Source: a bacterium (lineage in GTDB: Bacteria; UBA8248). Taken from it: DNA of 64,000 nucleotides. Below the pieces are notes generated by a model, which had not been told where the DNA came from, made no database searches, and saw nothing but the letters and a program-made list of their open reading frames with translations. Below, piece after piece: positions 28,568 to 38,569 of this stretch. Both the position numbers and the translations under genes were made by a program. The stretch spans positions 1,248,001 to 1,312,000 of the forward strand of contig CBDCRP010000002.1 of the NCBI GenBank assembly GCA_965221165.1, given 5' to 3'. Positions within the stretch are counted from its first letter, which is position 1, and every line of letters begins with the position of its first letter.

Positions 28568-29002
28568 ATGTCTTTGATAAAAATGGCGAAAGAATCCATC
28601 GACGTCGGCATCGTGGTGAAGGATCTGGACGTCGCCGAGAAATTCTACGGCGGCGTATTGGGTCTACCGATCGTGCGCGAAGTCGAGATAACCGAAGACA
28701 AGGCCTCCCAGGCCGGTTGCGCCTCGGGAAGATTCGAGTTCAAGGCGTTTCAGGCCGGCGAGGTGCAGCTCAAAGTCGTTCAGGCGGATTCCGACCCGCC
28801 CGCCGGCGGCGGAATCGTGGACGCCTCCACCGGATTCCGCTACCTGACGTTCACCGTGGAGAGCGTACAGGAAGCCCACGACGCCCTCGCGGCGGCGGGC
28901 GTGAAGATGATGGGGGAAATCACCGAGGTCGTGCCGGGCCGGTTCATCATCTTTTTTCAGGACCCGGACGGAAACATGCTGGAGTGCGTCGGCCCCAGGT
29001 AA
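28568..29002 (+). CDS. VOC/glyoxalase family protein
   Basis: DVGIVVKDL..AEKFY..VLGL, FFQDPDGN.LE. Confidence 0.88.
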   Translation: MSLIKMAKESIDVGIVVKDLDVAEKFYGGVLGLPIVREVEITEDKASQAGCASGRFEFKAFQAGEVQLKVVQADSDPPAGGGIVDASTGFRYLTFTVESVQEAHDALAAAGVKMMGEITEVVPGRFIIFFQDPDGNMLECVGPR

Positions 29003-29092
29003 GTTTTATCTGCGTGCGCACTCCATGAATCCTTGAAAAACAACGCGGGCGCGCCCGGAACCAAAAGCCCTGCCGTGTAGCGGAGTATCGAG

Positions 29093-29713
29093 ATGTTCGA
29101 GTTTCTCCAGGGATATCCGGTGGAATTCGCCTATGGCGGGGTATTTCTGTTCCTCGTGCTTTGCGGTCTGGGCCTCCCCGTTCCGGAAGACATACCCATC
29201 ATCACCTCGGGCTATCTCGCACACCTGGGCGCCATGGATTTCTGGCCCGCGCTCACCGTGAACCTTATGGGCATCATGCTCGGTGACCTGATGATCTACG
29301 GCTTCGGGTACTGGATGGGCCCGAAAGCGCTCGAGCACCGCTTGCTTCGCCCCGTCATGACGCAAAACCGAATGGAGATAGTGCACGCCTTTTTCGACCG
29401 CCACGGGAGAAAGGCCATTTTCTTCGGTCGATTCGTCACGGGCTTGCGCGCTCCGCTGTTTCTCGCGGCGGGAATCACCCGGCTTCCGGTTCGCATATTC
29501 GTAGGCATGGATTTGGCCGCGGCGCTCCTGAGCGTGCCGCTGTTGCTCGCGGCGGCTTATTATTTCGGGGATCACATCGACGATTTTCGCAAGATGGTGG
29601 GAACGGGCAAAGCCCTCATCATCCTCGTGCTGGGGGCCGGAGCCGCCTGGATGGGTGGTAAATATCTGTGGCGAAAATGGAGGTCGAAAGACTCCCGCCC
29701 CGCTTCATCCTGA
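29093..29713 (+). CDS. DedA family membrane protein
   Basis: GLPVPED, GD...Y..G, FFGRF..GLR. Confidence 0.9.
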   Translation: MFEFLQGYPVEFAYGGVFLFLVLCGLGLPVPEDIPIITSGYLAHLGAMDFWPALTVNLMGIMLGDLMIYGFGYWMGPKALEHRLLRPVMTQNRMEIVHAFFDRHGRKAIFFGRFVTGLRAPLFLAAGITRLPVRIFVGMDLAAALLSVPLLLAAAYYFGDHIDDFRKMVGTGKALIILVLGAGAAWMGGKYLWRKWRSKDSRPASS

Positions 29714-30661
29714 CGCGCGGGCGACCGGCAATACGCCCGGCCTCAAAGTGGAACCCGAGTTGATCTCATGCGCGCCGCGCGGGTCGATTCTGAGCACGTG
29801 CATCTGGCACCCGACGCCGTGCGATTGGTACACCCCGCGCATCGAGTTGCCCACCTTGCCGGGGTTGTCCCGGCAAATCGCCAAAACGCAAGGCCCGGCG
29901 CCACTGATGCACACCCCCAGCGCGCCGGCCGCGTAGGCCGCCTCGAAGACCTCCTCCAAAGGGCCCATCAACTCCGCCCGGTAGGGCTGGTGCAGCCTGT
30001 CCTCCATGGCGTCGCGGAACAACTCGTCGCGCCCGGTGGCGAACGCCGCCATGAGCGCGCCGACCCGCTGCACGTTAAAAATCGCATCGCCCAGAGAAAC
30101 CTGCTCGGGCAGTTTTTGTCGGGCCGCATGCGTGCTCACTTCAAAATCGGGGACAACGATCACCCAGCGGTAGTCCTCCACCACGGGCATTCGCGTATAG
30201 ATGGTCTTCCCGTCCGTGGTGGTCGCCGAAATACAGAAACCCCCGATCAGCGCGGGCACCACGTTATCGGGGTGTCCCTCCATCTCCACGGCGATCTGAA
30301 CGAGTTCGTCCATGCGCAGCGGGCCGCCGAGCAGGATGTTCGCTCCCACGATTCCGCCCACGATGGCGGCAGAACTGCTCCCCAGCCCCCGCGCCAGCGG
30401 TATGTGGTTGCGCTGTTTCATCCACAAACCGTTGAAAGGCCGGTTCACGCGGTCGAACACCCGCTTCACGGCCTGTACGCAAACGTTCGATTCATCTTTG
30501 GGGATGACCTCGCGGCCTTCTCCTTCGACCTCGAGCGCAACGCCCCAGGGGAGGATGTCGAGTTCTATGCGATTGTAAATCCTGAGCGCGACGCCCAGGG
30601 CGTCGAAACCCGGACCCAGATTCGTCGTACTCGCCGGAACCTGCACACGCACCAAAGCCAA
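29705..30661 (-). CDS. thrB: Homoserine kinase
   Basis: VPASTTNLGPGFD.LG, IPLARGLGSS, EGHPDNV, DRLHQPYR, ISGAGP. Confidence 0.95.
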   Translation of the reverse strand: MALVRVQVPASTTNLGPGFDALGVALRIYNRIELDILPWGVALEVEGEGREVIPKDESNVCVQAVKRVFDRVNRPFNGLWMKQRNHIPLARGLGSSSAAIVGGIVGANILLGGPLRMDELVQIAVEMEGHPDNVVPALIGGFCISATTTDGKTIYTRMPVVEDYRWVIVVPDFEVSTHAARQKLPEQVSLGDAIFNVQRVGALMAAFATGRDELFRDAMEDRLHQPYRAELMGPLEEVFEAAYAAGALGVCISGAGPCVLAICRDNPGKVGNSMRGVYQSHGVGCQMHVLRIDPRGAHEINSGSTLRPGVLPVARASG

Positions 30662-30682
30662 AAGGGTCTCCTCGAAACCAGC

Positions 30683-31264
30683 CTAATCCGAACGAATATC
30701 TTCCGAGAGAACAAAAACGCAGCCCGCTGCTCTCATCTCCTCGAGCGCGTTTTCACCGTCTTTGGGGTCGACGTTCACCGCCCGGACGGCGTCTTCCACC
30801 ACAACGACGTCAAACCCCTCCCGCCTCGCGTCGAGCGCCGTGGCCTTCACGCAATAATCCGTCGCCAGTCCGCAAACGAAAAGACGCCCGATTCCCTTCG
30901 CTCTCAATTCATACGCCAGCGAAGTGCCGTCAAACCCCGAATACGCCTCGGCGTCCCTGGTCGTGGCCTTGGACACCACCATCTCCACTTTCGCGGCGCG
31001 CATTTGCGGATGGAAAGCGGCGCCCGGCGTTTCGGCCACGCAGTGAACGGGCCAGATTCCGCCCTGCGCCTCAAACGACACATGATCCGCAGGGTGCCAG
31101 TCGCGCGTCGCCACCCTTATCCAGCCCGGAATATCCAGAAGCGCGTTCACCGGCGGGACGACCGCATCCCCCTCGGCGACGGCGAGCGCTCCGCCCGGAC
31201 AAAAATCCACTTGCAGATCGACGATGATGAGGCCGTCTTGCGCACCTGGTGAGTATTCAGCCAT
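30683..31264 (-). CDS. pncA: Nicotinamidase/pyrazinamidase
   Basis: VDLQ.DFCPGG.L.V, DWHP..H, WP.HCV, YSGF, GLATDYCV. Confidence 0.92.
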   Translation of the reverse strand: MAEYSPGAQDGLIIVDLQVDFCPGGALAVAEGDAVVPPVNALLDIPGWIRVATRDWHPADHVSFEAQGGIWPVHCVAETPGAAFHPQMRAAKVEMVVSKATTRDAEAYSGFDGTSLAYELRAKGIGRLFVCGLATDYCVKATALDARREGFDVVVVEDAVRAVNVDPKDGENALEEMRAAGCVFVLSEDIRSD

Positions 31265-31268
31265 CGCC

Positions 31269-32063
31269 CTATTTCCCCTCTCTCAGTTTCAAGCGCCATA
31301 TTGTTCCGCCCGCGCCCCGGCGTATGGAAACCTCCATTCCCGACGGATGCGCCAGAAAAACACTCTCGAAAAAATCCACCGTCTGAACCTTTTTTCCTTC
31401 CGCCTCGAGTATGACGTCTCCCCGGCGAAGCCCCGCGCGCGCCGCCGGCGCGCCTTCCCGGATCTGAGACACCAGAAGTCCGCTCGCCTCTCCACCACCG
31501 AAAAAGCGCGCCAGCACGGGCGTGAGCTTCTGGAGAACGAGACCCAGCTTCTTGGGGTGCGTATATTCGCGCGGCGTCTGGAAGCCGAGCTTCATCACGG
31601 TCGGTTTCACGTATATAGGGGATTTCACCCGCAAAGCCAATGCGATGGCGTCCGACGGGCGGCTGTCGATAGAAAAATTCCTGCCCCTCGCCTTCATCTC
31701 GATAAAAGCGAAATACGTGCCGCCTTTCGGCTCCGTGATCACCACCCGAAGAATCTTCGCCTGGAGGCTCCTGAGAATGTTCCGCATCAAGTCGTGCGTC
31801 ATCGGCCGGGCTGACGGGATTTTCTCGAGTTCCGTGAAAATCGCCCGCGCCTCCGCCGGGCCGATCCATATAGGCAGCAACGTGCCTCCCTTTTTTTCCT
31901 CCAGGAGCACGATGTGCTGGCCGTTTCTCTGGTCGACCATGATGTCCTTCACTTCGACCCGGCGAAGCCCGGAGGGCGCCGCCTGCGCATTCATCGAGAG
32001 CGCGAAGGTGTTGCAGACAACCGCCACGAGAAGAAAACTCGAAGACAACCAGTTACGCCGCAT
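31269..32063 (-). CDS. Bifunctional-nuclease (DUF151) domain protein with signal peptide and C-terminal PDZ
   Basis: LPIWIG..EA, RPMTHDL, DSRPSDAIALA; GLLVSQI..GAPAARAGLRRGDVI; N-terminal hydrophobic stretch ending AQA. Confidence 0.85.
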   Translation of the reverse strand: MRRNWLSSSFLLVAVVCNTFALSMNAQAAPSGLRRVEVKDIMVDQRNGQHIVLLEEKKGGTLLPIWIGPAEARAIFTELEKIPSARPMTHDLMRNILRSLQAKILRVVITEPKGGTYFAFIEMKARGRNFSIDSRPSDAIALALRVKSPIYVKPTVMKLGFQTPREYTHPKKLGLVLQKLTPVLARFFGGGEASGLLVSQIREGAPAARAGLRRGDVILEAEGKKVQTVDFFESVFLAHPSGMEVSIRRGAGGTIWRLKLREGK

Positions 32064-32115
32064 AGCTTCGATTCCTGATCATTTCGCCCGAGTTCGTGAA
32101 ACCGACGGGTTCATC

Positions 32116-32562
32116 TCAGCGCGCAGGTTCTCCCGATATCCGAAATACGCATTCCGGAATCGGCATGTCCACCCGTCGCTGACCCGGTTTTTCCTCCACC
32201 TTTGTCTCATAGATTCCGTCACAGTCGACGTCGAGAAGCGTGATGTCGTATGGAAACTTGTTGTCCACGTCGATGTTGATCGCGAAAATACGGTTATTGA
32301 TGGTGAGCGTTTCAAACTGGAATTTCCATTCATCGAGATATTGTTTGATCAGGGTCTCCTCGCCCGGAATGCGCATGGAGAGGTCCCGACGAACCCACCC
32401 CAGAAAACGCGAACGGCTGAGCTCGGGCGTGTCGAAGCCCTCGGGCCTTTTCTCGACGGGGCCATTTCCCTTGTCCGCGGGCGCCGCGCATACGCTCCCG
32501 GAACCAAGGAGCGCCATCGCCAAGAATATAAAAACGCATATTTGCCTGAAACGTATATTCAC
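32116..32562 (-). CDS. Hypothetical exported protein
   Basis: Signal-peptide-like N-terminus; DVDCDG (DxDxDG-like) motif; co-oriented with the DUF151-pncA-thrB run. Start uncertain. Confidence 0.6.
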   Translation of the reverse strand: MNIRFRQICVFIFLAMALLGSGSVCAAPADKGNGPVEKRPEGFDTPELSRSRFLGWVRRDLSMRIPGEETLIKQYLDEWKFQFETLTINNRIFAINIDVDNKFPYDITLLDVDCDGIYETKVEEKPGQRRVDMPIPECVFRISGEPAR

Positions 32563-32724
32563 TGAAATCACCCTCTGCATCGACGTGAACCCCGGCGCGC
32601 CTCCAGGTTCGAGGCATTTGCGGCCCAGAAAGATTAGCATCCGCCACGCACCGGGTTCAAGAGATGTGTTTCCGCCTCCAGGCAACCCGAAAAATACGAA
32701 AAGCCCCGGCCCTCCCGATGCGCT

Positions 32725-32752
32725 TTGACATTTCGCAGAAGCGGATTATTCT
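32725..32752 (+). promoter_or_regulatory. Putative sigma70 promoter for the cupin-PrpD operon
   Basis: TTGACA-N16-TATTCT about 95 nt upstream of the cupin ATG. Confidence 0.4.
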
Positions 32753-32846
32753 TCGCATATCGGCGAATTTTCATCCCGACTCCGGCGGGGCGCATGAAGC
32801 GCGCCCCAGAAACGACCACCATGGAAACCCCCAAGGAGAAGCTCAC

Positions 32847-33200
32847 ATGACGACGACACAAAGAAAAGCGCGGCTCATCCGGCCCGAGGAGCGTGAATCC
32901 GAAGGCATGGCGGGTGGCGCGAGCCACAAGTCCATCGTATCGAAAGGGAACGACGGAACGGATCTCACCGTCTACTACACGCTGATACAGCCGGGACAAA
33001 CGCACGACTGGCATCACCACGAGGAGGACGAAGTCATCTTCTGCGTGAGCGGGACGGGGAGATACGATCTCGATGACGGCGAGATCAACTACGGACCCGG
33101 GCAGTTCATCTTCATGCCCAAGGGCACGCGCCACTGCAACCACTGCGTGGGCGAGGAAGACGTGAGGCTGGTGGCCATCTTCCAGCCGGGCCGCGAATAA
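32847..33200 (+). CDS. Cupin domain protein
   Basis: PG....WHHHEEDE...C.SG.G and P.G..H motifs; AAGGAG RBS. Confidence 0.88.
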   Translation: MTTTQRKARLIRPEERESEGMAGGASHKSIVSKGNDGTDLTVYYTLIQPGQTHDWHHHEEDEVIFCVSGTGRYDLDDGEINYGPGQFIFMPKGTRHCNHCVGEEDVRLVAIFQPGRE

Positions 33201-33252
33201 ATATAACGCCCGCGCGCGGGCCGGGGAAACGGAGAGGAGCCTGGAGACGAAA

Positions 33253-34650
33253 ATGGATCCCATGCAGAAAATCATCGCCCATTACGCGAATCTGCGCTTC
33301 CAGGATCTGCCCGCGCAGGCCGTCTGCGCGGCCAGAAACCTCATCGTCGATTCGCTCGCCTGCGCCATGGCCGGCTCGGCCGCGCCCCTGAACCCCGAGA
33401 TCATCGAACGTCACATCCGCTGGGGCGGCGCGCCCGAGGCCACGGTCCTGGTCTTCGGGGGCCGGCTGCCGGCGCCGACGGCGGCATGGCTGAACGCCGC
33501 CATGATTCACTCGAATGATTTCGACGACACCGAAGACACCACCCAGAACCATATCTTCGTCACGATTCTTCCCGCTCTTCTCGCCGCGGGCGAGAGTTGC
33601 GGACGAGCGATGCCGGGCCGGGAAGTCATCGCGGCCCTGGCGGGCGCTGCGGACGTGACTTTACGGCTGAACGCCGTCGTGCATAAGAGCATTCATCCCG
33701 GCTGGCTGCCCACCACGGTGTTCGGCGCCGTCTCGGCTTCCATGGCCGCCGCCCGGATTCTGGGACTGGGTGCAGACGGCATCGCCAATGCGGCGGGCTT
33801 CGGCTATGCGCAATCACACGGCAACCGCCAGGCCCTGCTCGACGGCTCCGTCGCCAAGCGACTGCAACCCGCCTTCAGCGCGCGGGCGGGCGTGCATTCA
33901 GCCGTTTTGGCGCAAACCGGCGCCACCGGCCCCAGGCGTATCGTCGAGGGGGCGGACGGCATCATCGAGCTCTTTGGCGGCGGCCAGGGCGACCCGGGCG
34001 CGCTCACCGAAAAATTGGGCGAGAAATTCCACGTCTCCCGAATCGGCATGAAGCCCTATCCGAGTTGCCGGGTTTCCCATCCCCACATCAGCGCCGCTCT
34101 CGAAGCGCGCGAGCGGCTCGGCCATTTTGAGGCCAGCGACGTAGAAAGCGTCGAGGTATGGGCCACGCCCATCGGCCACTCGATGATCGGCCAGCCGTTC
34201 CAAATCAGGGAAAACCCACAGGTGGACGCGCAGTTCAGCGCGCAGTGGACGACGGCGTTCTCTCTCTTGAGAGGCGTTCCTCGAATTGCGCACTTCGAGC
34301 CGGACGCCGTCACCGCAGGAGCGGAGGTGATCGAACTCGCGCAGAAAACCAGGATCCGCATCTGGGAAGAGGGCAGTCTGCTGCTCGTGCCCGTGCGCAT
34401 CCGCGTCAGGCTCAAAGACGGAAGAGAGGCCGACGTCACGCACGAGAAGATCAAGGGTTCTCCCGAATGGGCCATGACCGAACAAGAGAGGAAGGAGAAA
34501 TTCTTCTCCTGCGCCGAGGCCGCAGCAGGGAGACTCGAACCAGAACCCGTGGAGCGCACCTTCGAGGAACTCTCGGCCCTTGAGGATTGCGCCGACGTCC
34601 GGCCGATTCTCGCCAGGCTCACCCCTGCGAAAAAACCGGCCCTCGCATAG
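33253..34650 (+). CDS. MmgE/PrpD family protein
   Basis: AA.LNA...H..DFDD, HPGW, KPYPSC...H, AQFS. Confidence 0.9.
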   Translation: MDPMQKIIAHYANLRFQDLPAQAVCAARNLIVDSLACAMAGSAAPLNPEIIERHIRWGGAPEATVLVFGGRLPAPTAAWLNAAMIHSNDFDDTEDTTQNHIFVTILPALLAAGESCGRAMPGREVIAALAGAADVTLRLNAVVHKSIHPGWLPTTVFGAVSASMAAARILGLGADGIANAAGFGYAQSHGNRQALLDGSVAKRLQPAFSARAGVHSAVLAQTGATGPRRIVEGADGIIELFGGGQGDPGALTEKLGEKFHVSRIGMKPYPSCRVSHPHISAALEARERLGHFEASDVESVEVWATPIGHSMIGQPFQIRENPQVDAQFSAQWTTAFSLLRGVPRIAHFEPDAVTAGAEVIELAQKTRIRIWEEGSLLLVPVRIRVRLKDGREADVTHEKIKGSPEWAMTEQERKEKFFSCAEAAAGRLEPEPVERTFEELSALEDCADVRPILARLTPAKKPALA

Positions 34651-34685
34651 AATTTCGACGACGACGGCTCTATAATTCCCTACCC

Positions 34686-36269
34686 ATGAGCCGAGATAAC
34701 GAACAAGCCATACATCCGGGCGCCAACATCGCCTGGGCGAGGAGGAGATACGGTCCGCGCGAGGCGGTGGTGGACGCCGAACGCCGCTTGAGTTTCTCGG
34801 ACGTGTATGCCCGCGGCAAGCGGGTCGCGAACGCGCTCATCGCGAACGGCCTGGAGCCCGGCGATCGCGTCGCCAAGCTCATGCGTAACCGCGCCGAGAT
34901 CATCGAGATCAATTTCGGCGTCGCGATGGCCGGCGGCGCATCCTTGAATCTCCACGGACGAAACGTCCTTAAAGAACACGTCCACATGCTGAACGATTCC
35001 GAAACCTCGTTCTTGCTCCTGGACGAACGCCACGGCGAATACGCGGAAGAGCTTGAAAACGAATGCCCGGGTCTGCGCCGCATCATCGCCGTGGGGTGGA
35101 AAGGCGGGGGCGGTATCGCATACGAGGACTGGCTGCAAAAAAGTTCGGGCAACCCCCCCAGGGTGATTCTCGAGCCGGATTCCCTGTTCCATCTTCACTA
35201 CACCTCGGGCACGACCGGAATCCCTAAGGCGGTCGTCAACACGCACAGGACGCACGTCGCGTGGCTGGCGAAGTTTTTCAGAAACCTCGACTACCGGATG
35301 GGCGTGCGTGATTCCATGCTCCATGCGGGTCCCATGACGCACGCGTCGTTCAACTTCATCGAGACCACGTTTCTCCGCGGGGCGCGAAACATCATCATGC
35401 CCTCGTTCGAGCCGGAGCTGTTCCTCGAGATGACGGAAAAAGAGGGGGCCACGACCACCTACCTCGTCTCCACGATGGTGCAGCGGCTCATCGAATGCGG
35501 AAAGCTCGAAAGTGCTGACCTCTCGAGCCTGCACACGATCACCTACGGGGCCGCCCCCATCTCGGAGGAAAACCTGAGACACGCCATCGATCAGGTCGGC
35601 CCCATCTTCCGGCAAACCTACGGGCTGACCGAAGCGCGCCAGCCCATCGCGATTCTCGACCCGTGGGATCACGCCGTGGACGGAACGCCCGAAGAGCGTG
35701 CGCGCCTCGCCTCGTGCGGAAGGGTGGCGGCGGGCGTGGAACTCGAACTCCTGGGCGATGACGACCGCCCCGTCGCCACCGGCGAGATGGGGGAAATCTG
35801 CGTCCGGGGGGATTACGCCATGGCGCGCTACTGGAAAAACCCCGAAGCCACGGCGGAGACCATGCGAAACGGCTGGGTGCACACCGGAGACCTCGCCGTC
35901 GCCGATGAGGAAGGGTATCTCTACATCGTCGACCGCAAGAAGGAGATGATCATTACGGGCGGGTTCAACGTCTATCCCTCGGAAGTGGAGCGCGCCCTGT
36001 GCCGCCACCCCGCCGTCCTGGAAGCACTGGTGATAGGCGTGCCCGACGAGAGGTGGGGCGAGGCGGTCAAGGCGATGATCGTTCTCCGCCCCGGGGAATC
36101 GCCTGCGCCTTCTGACATCATCGATTTCACGCAAAATGACATCGCCGGCTTCAAGAAGCCCAAACACATCGAGTTTTTGAGCGAAATTCCCAAAAACGCG
36201 CAGGGAAAAGTCCTGAGGCGCGCGATTCGGGAAAAACACTGGGTCGGAAGAACGCGAAAGGTGAACTAG
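34686..36269 (+). CDS. Acyl-CoA synthetase / AMP-dependent ligase
   Basis: YTSGTTG.PK, YGLTE, GW.HTGD, VDRKKEMIITGG.NVYP, P.N..GK. Confidence 0.95.
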   Translation: MSRDNEQAIHPGANIAWARRRYGPREAVVDAERRLSFSDVYARGKRVANALIANGLEPGDRVAKLMRNRAEIIEINFGVAMAGGASLNLHGRNVLKEHVHMLNDSETSFLLLDERHGEYAEELENECPGLRRIIAVGWKGGGGIAYEDWLQKSSGNPPRVILEPDSLFHLHYTSGTTGIPKAVVNTHRTHVAWLAKFFRNLDYRMGVRDSMLHAGPMTHASFNFIETTFLRGARNIIMPSFEPELFLEMTEKEGATTTYLVSTMVQRLIECGKLESADLSSLHTITYGAAPISEENLRHAIDQVGPIFRQTYGLTEARQPIAILDPWDHAVDGTPEERARLASCGRVAAGVELELLGDDDRPVATGEMGEICVRGDYAMARYWKNPEATAETMRNGWVHTGDLAVADEEGYLYIVDRKKEMIITGGFNVYPSEVERALCRHPAVLEALVIGVPDERWGEAVKAMIVLRPGESPAPSDIIDFTQNDIAGFKKPKHIEFLSEIPKNAQGKVLRRAIREKHWVGRTRKVN

Positions 36270-36330
36270 AAGCCGGCCGCTTTCATCGTCCAGACATTTA
36301 GAAGCCACTTATTTCGACAAGGAGCGACAA

Positions 36331-37113
36331 ATGGACCTGACGCAAGAGTTCGGACTCAAAACCGTGAAATACCGCAAGGAAAACCGCATCGCCTACGTCA
36401 CCCTGAACCGGCCCGACAAGCTGAATCCCTTGAGCTTCGCCACGGTGACCGAGCTTCTCCGGTGCTGGGAAGACGTGAACGACGACAAGGAGGTATGGGT
36501 GGCGATTCTCGCGGGCGAGGGGAAATCCTTTTGCTCCGGATGGGATCAGAACCTGGAAGAAGATGAACTCAAGATGGGCGCCGTCCGCCCCAAGGGAATA
36601 CTCTACTGCGATCTGGACTGGATCAAGAAACCCGTCATCTGCGCGTCGCAAGGCTACGCCATCGGCGGCGGCATGAGCCTTCTTCTCGGCGCGGACGTCC
36701 GCGTGGTCTCGGAAGACGCCAAGATCGGCTATTCCCAGCCCAAGATCGGCATCATCAGCATCGGCGGGGCCATGCGCATGCCCGAGGCGATTCCAGGCCT
36801 CGCCAGATGGTACATGTTCTCGGGCGAGTTGATAGACGCGCAGGAGGCCTACCGACTCGGCCTCGTGGTGAAGATCGCCAAAAACGGAGAACTCCTGGAG
36901 ACGGCGACCGCCATGGCCGAGCAGATCATCGAGTGCTCGCCGATGTCGGTGCAGCACACCAAGGAGGAGATCGCCGTGGCCGCCAACGTGTCGATGTACG
37001 AGGGCTATCGCCTGTGCCGGCCCATCATGAACCGCTTCTACCAGACCGAGGACTACCGCGAGGGCAAGAACGCGTTCATGGAAAAACGAAAACCCGTGTG
37101 GAGAAACTGCTGA
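36331..37113 (+). CDS. Enoyl-CoA hydratase/isomerase (crotonase) family protein
   Basis: TLNRPDKLN, GEGKSFCSGWD, G.AIGGG, A.EA..LGLV, EG..AF.EKR.P. Confidence 0.92.
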   Translation: MDLTQEFGLKTVKYRKENRIAYVTLNRPDKLNPLSFATVTELLRCWEDVNDDKEVWVAILAGEGKSFCSGWDQNLEEDELKMGAVRPKGILYCDLDWIKKPVICASQGYAIGGGMSLLLGADVRVVSEDAKIGYSQPKIGIISIGGAMRMPEAIPGLARWYMFSGELIDAQEAYRLGLVVKIAKNGELLETATAMAEQIIECSPMSVQHTKEEIAVAANVSMYEGYRLCRPIMNRFYQTEDYREGKNAFMEKRKPVWRNC

Positions 37114-37223
37114 GCAGGGGCGTAGGCGGAACGGGAGGAGGCGGGCGTTCACCTTCCGGGGTTGCGGGACGGCCCGGTATGAAGGATAAGCCTTAATCGG
37201 CCATCCCGATCCCAGGAGCGCGC

Positions 37224-38417
37224 ATGGATTTCTCTACGGGCAAGGATGAGGCCGGCATTCGGCAGGGCTGGCCGATCATCCTCGCGTGTTTTCTCACCAT
37301 ATTCACCGCCTACACCACGGCCTTCATCCTGGGACCCATGCTCGACGTGATGGGCCGCGACCTGGGCCTCTCCCTCACGGCCATGGGACAGTTGGCGGCC
37401 ATCACCTTCATCCCCTGGGGGGTGGGCGCGCCCCTGCTCGCGCCGATTTCGGATCGCTACGGGCGAAAGCCCGTCATCCTCGTCGGGGTCGTAGGCCTGT
37501 CGCTCTCCTGCATCGCCACCTCGTTCGCGGACGGGTACCTCGCGGTGGCGGTCTTGCGCTTCATCGCGGGGCTGAGCGGCGCGCTGGTGCCGCCCACGGC
37601 GGTGGCGGCTATCGGGGACAACTTCACGGGCCGCGCGCGCGGCCTCGCCATCGGGTTCGCGACGGCGGGCGTGGCCATGGGCCTGCTCGTCGGAATCCCG
37701 GGCGTGGCTTTTTTGACGGATCACCTCGGCTGGCGCAACGCTCTTTGGATTACGGGCGCGTTCGGCCTGACTCTTTCCCTGTACACGCTCCGCTCGCTGC
37801 CCAGCGGGAGACGGACCGACGCGCCGTCTTCCTATCTGGCCAGCTTCGCGTGGATGCGCCAGGGCGCCTCATGGCTCCTGATGAGCGGCAACGTCGTCGA
37901 GCGGCTCATGACTTCCGCATTCCTGACCTATGTATCCGTTTTTCTGATGCGCACCTTTGATGTTTCTCTCTCCACCGCGGGAAGCCTGGTCACGGCGATG
38001 TCCGTGGGCGCGCTCATCGGCGGCCTCCTGGGCGGCGCGCTCGCGGGCGTGAGGCGGCGCTTCCTCATCATCACCGCCCTGGTTTTGCTCCAGGGAGAAC
38101 TTCTGGCGTTTCACTTCTCGGGATTGGGTTTTCTCACCCTCACGATCGCGGCGGGCTTTCTCTTCTCGTTCTTCAGCCATCTCAGCAGGCCCGCCGTGAT
38201 GGATGACCTCATATCGATCGCCCCGCAGGCGCGCGGCGCCGTCATCGGCTTCTATTCGACGAGCAACCAGGCAGGACTGTTCCTGGGAGCCTCCCTGGGC
38301 GGGTTCGCCATACAGTGGGGAGGCTTCGAGGCGCTCGGCTGGCTCGTCCTGGGCGCGGCGATCCTGGGCGGGTGCTTCTACGGAGCGAGCGCGTGGGTGT
38401 TTCGGGGGAAGGGCTAG
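37224..38417 (+). CDS. MFS transporter
   Basis: SDRYGRK motif A, LRFIAG, about 12 hydrophobic segments. Confidence 0.9.
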   Translation: MDFSTGKDEAGIRQGWPIILACFLTIFTAYTTAFILGPMLDVMGRDLGLSLTAMGQLAAITFIPWGVGAPLLAPISDRYGRKPVILVGVVGLSLSCIATSFADGYLAVAVLRFIAGLSGALVPPTAVAAIGDNFTGRARGLAIGFATAGVAMGLLVGIPGVAFLTDHLGWRNALWITGAFGLTLSLYTLRSLPSGRRTDAPSSYLASFAWMRQGASWLLMSGNVVERLMTSAFLTYVSVFLMRTFDVSLSTAGSLVTAMSVGALIGGLLGGALAGVRRRFLIITALVLLQGELLAFHFSGLGFLTLTIAAGFLFSFFSHLSRPAVMDDLISIAPQARGAVIGFYSTSNQAGLFLGASLGGFAIQWGGFEALGWLVLGAAILGGCFYGASAWVFRGKG

Positions 38418-38451
38418 GCTTTCGGGACTAACAGCCCTTAGTCTTCCAATA

Positions 38452-38550
38452 TATACGATATCGCGTATATATATTACTTATACTTTATTGCGTATTAAAA
38501 TAAAATATACGTGTAAACGAATACTGACATATTATACGAATTAGCGTATA
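38452..38550. promoter_or_regulatory. Four HipB-type operators TATAC-N8-GTATA
   Basis: Sites start at 38452, 38479, 38506 and 38533 (exact 27-bp period); sites 2 and 3 each have one mismatch; directly upstream of hipB. Confidence 0.85.
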
Positions 38551-38569
38551 TTAACTGCAGGAGGAATAG

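Noticed and set aside
34671-34688. TATAAT 9 nt before the CoA-ligase ATG (leaderless internal promoter)
   Set aside because: There is no convincing -35 at the proper spacing, and a single hexamer is insufficient evidence.
38452-38550. 27-bp periodic motif as a mini-CRISPR or replication iterons
   Set aside because: The palindromic half-sites directly upstream of hipB are fully explained as HipB operators.
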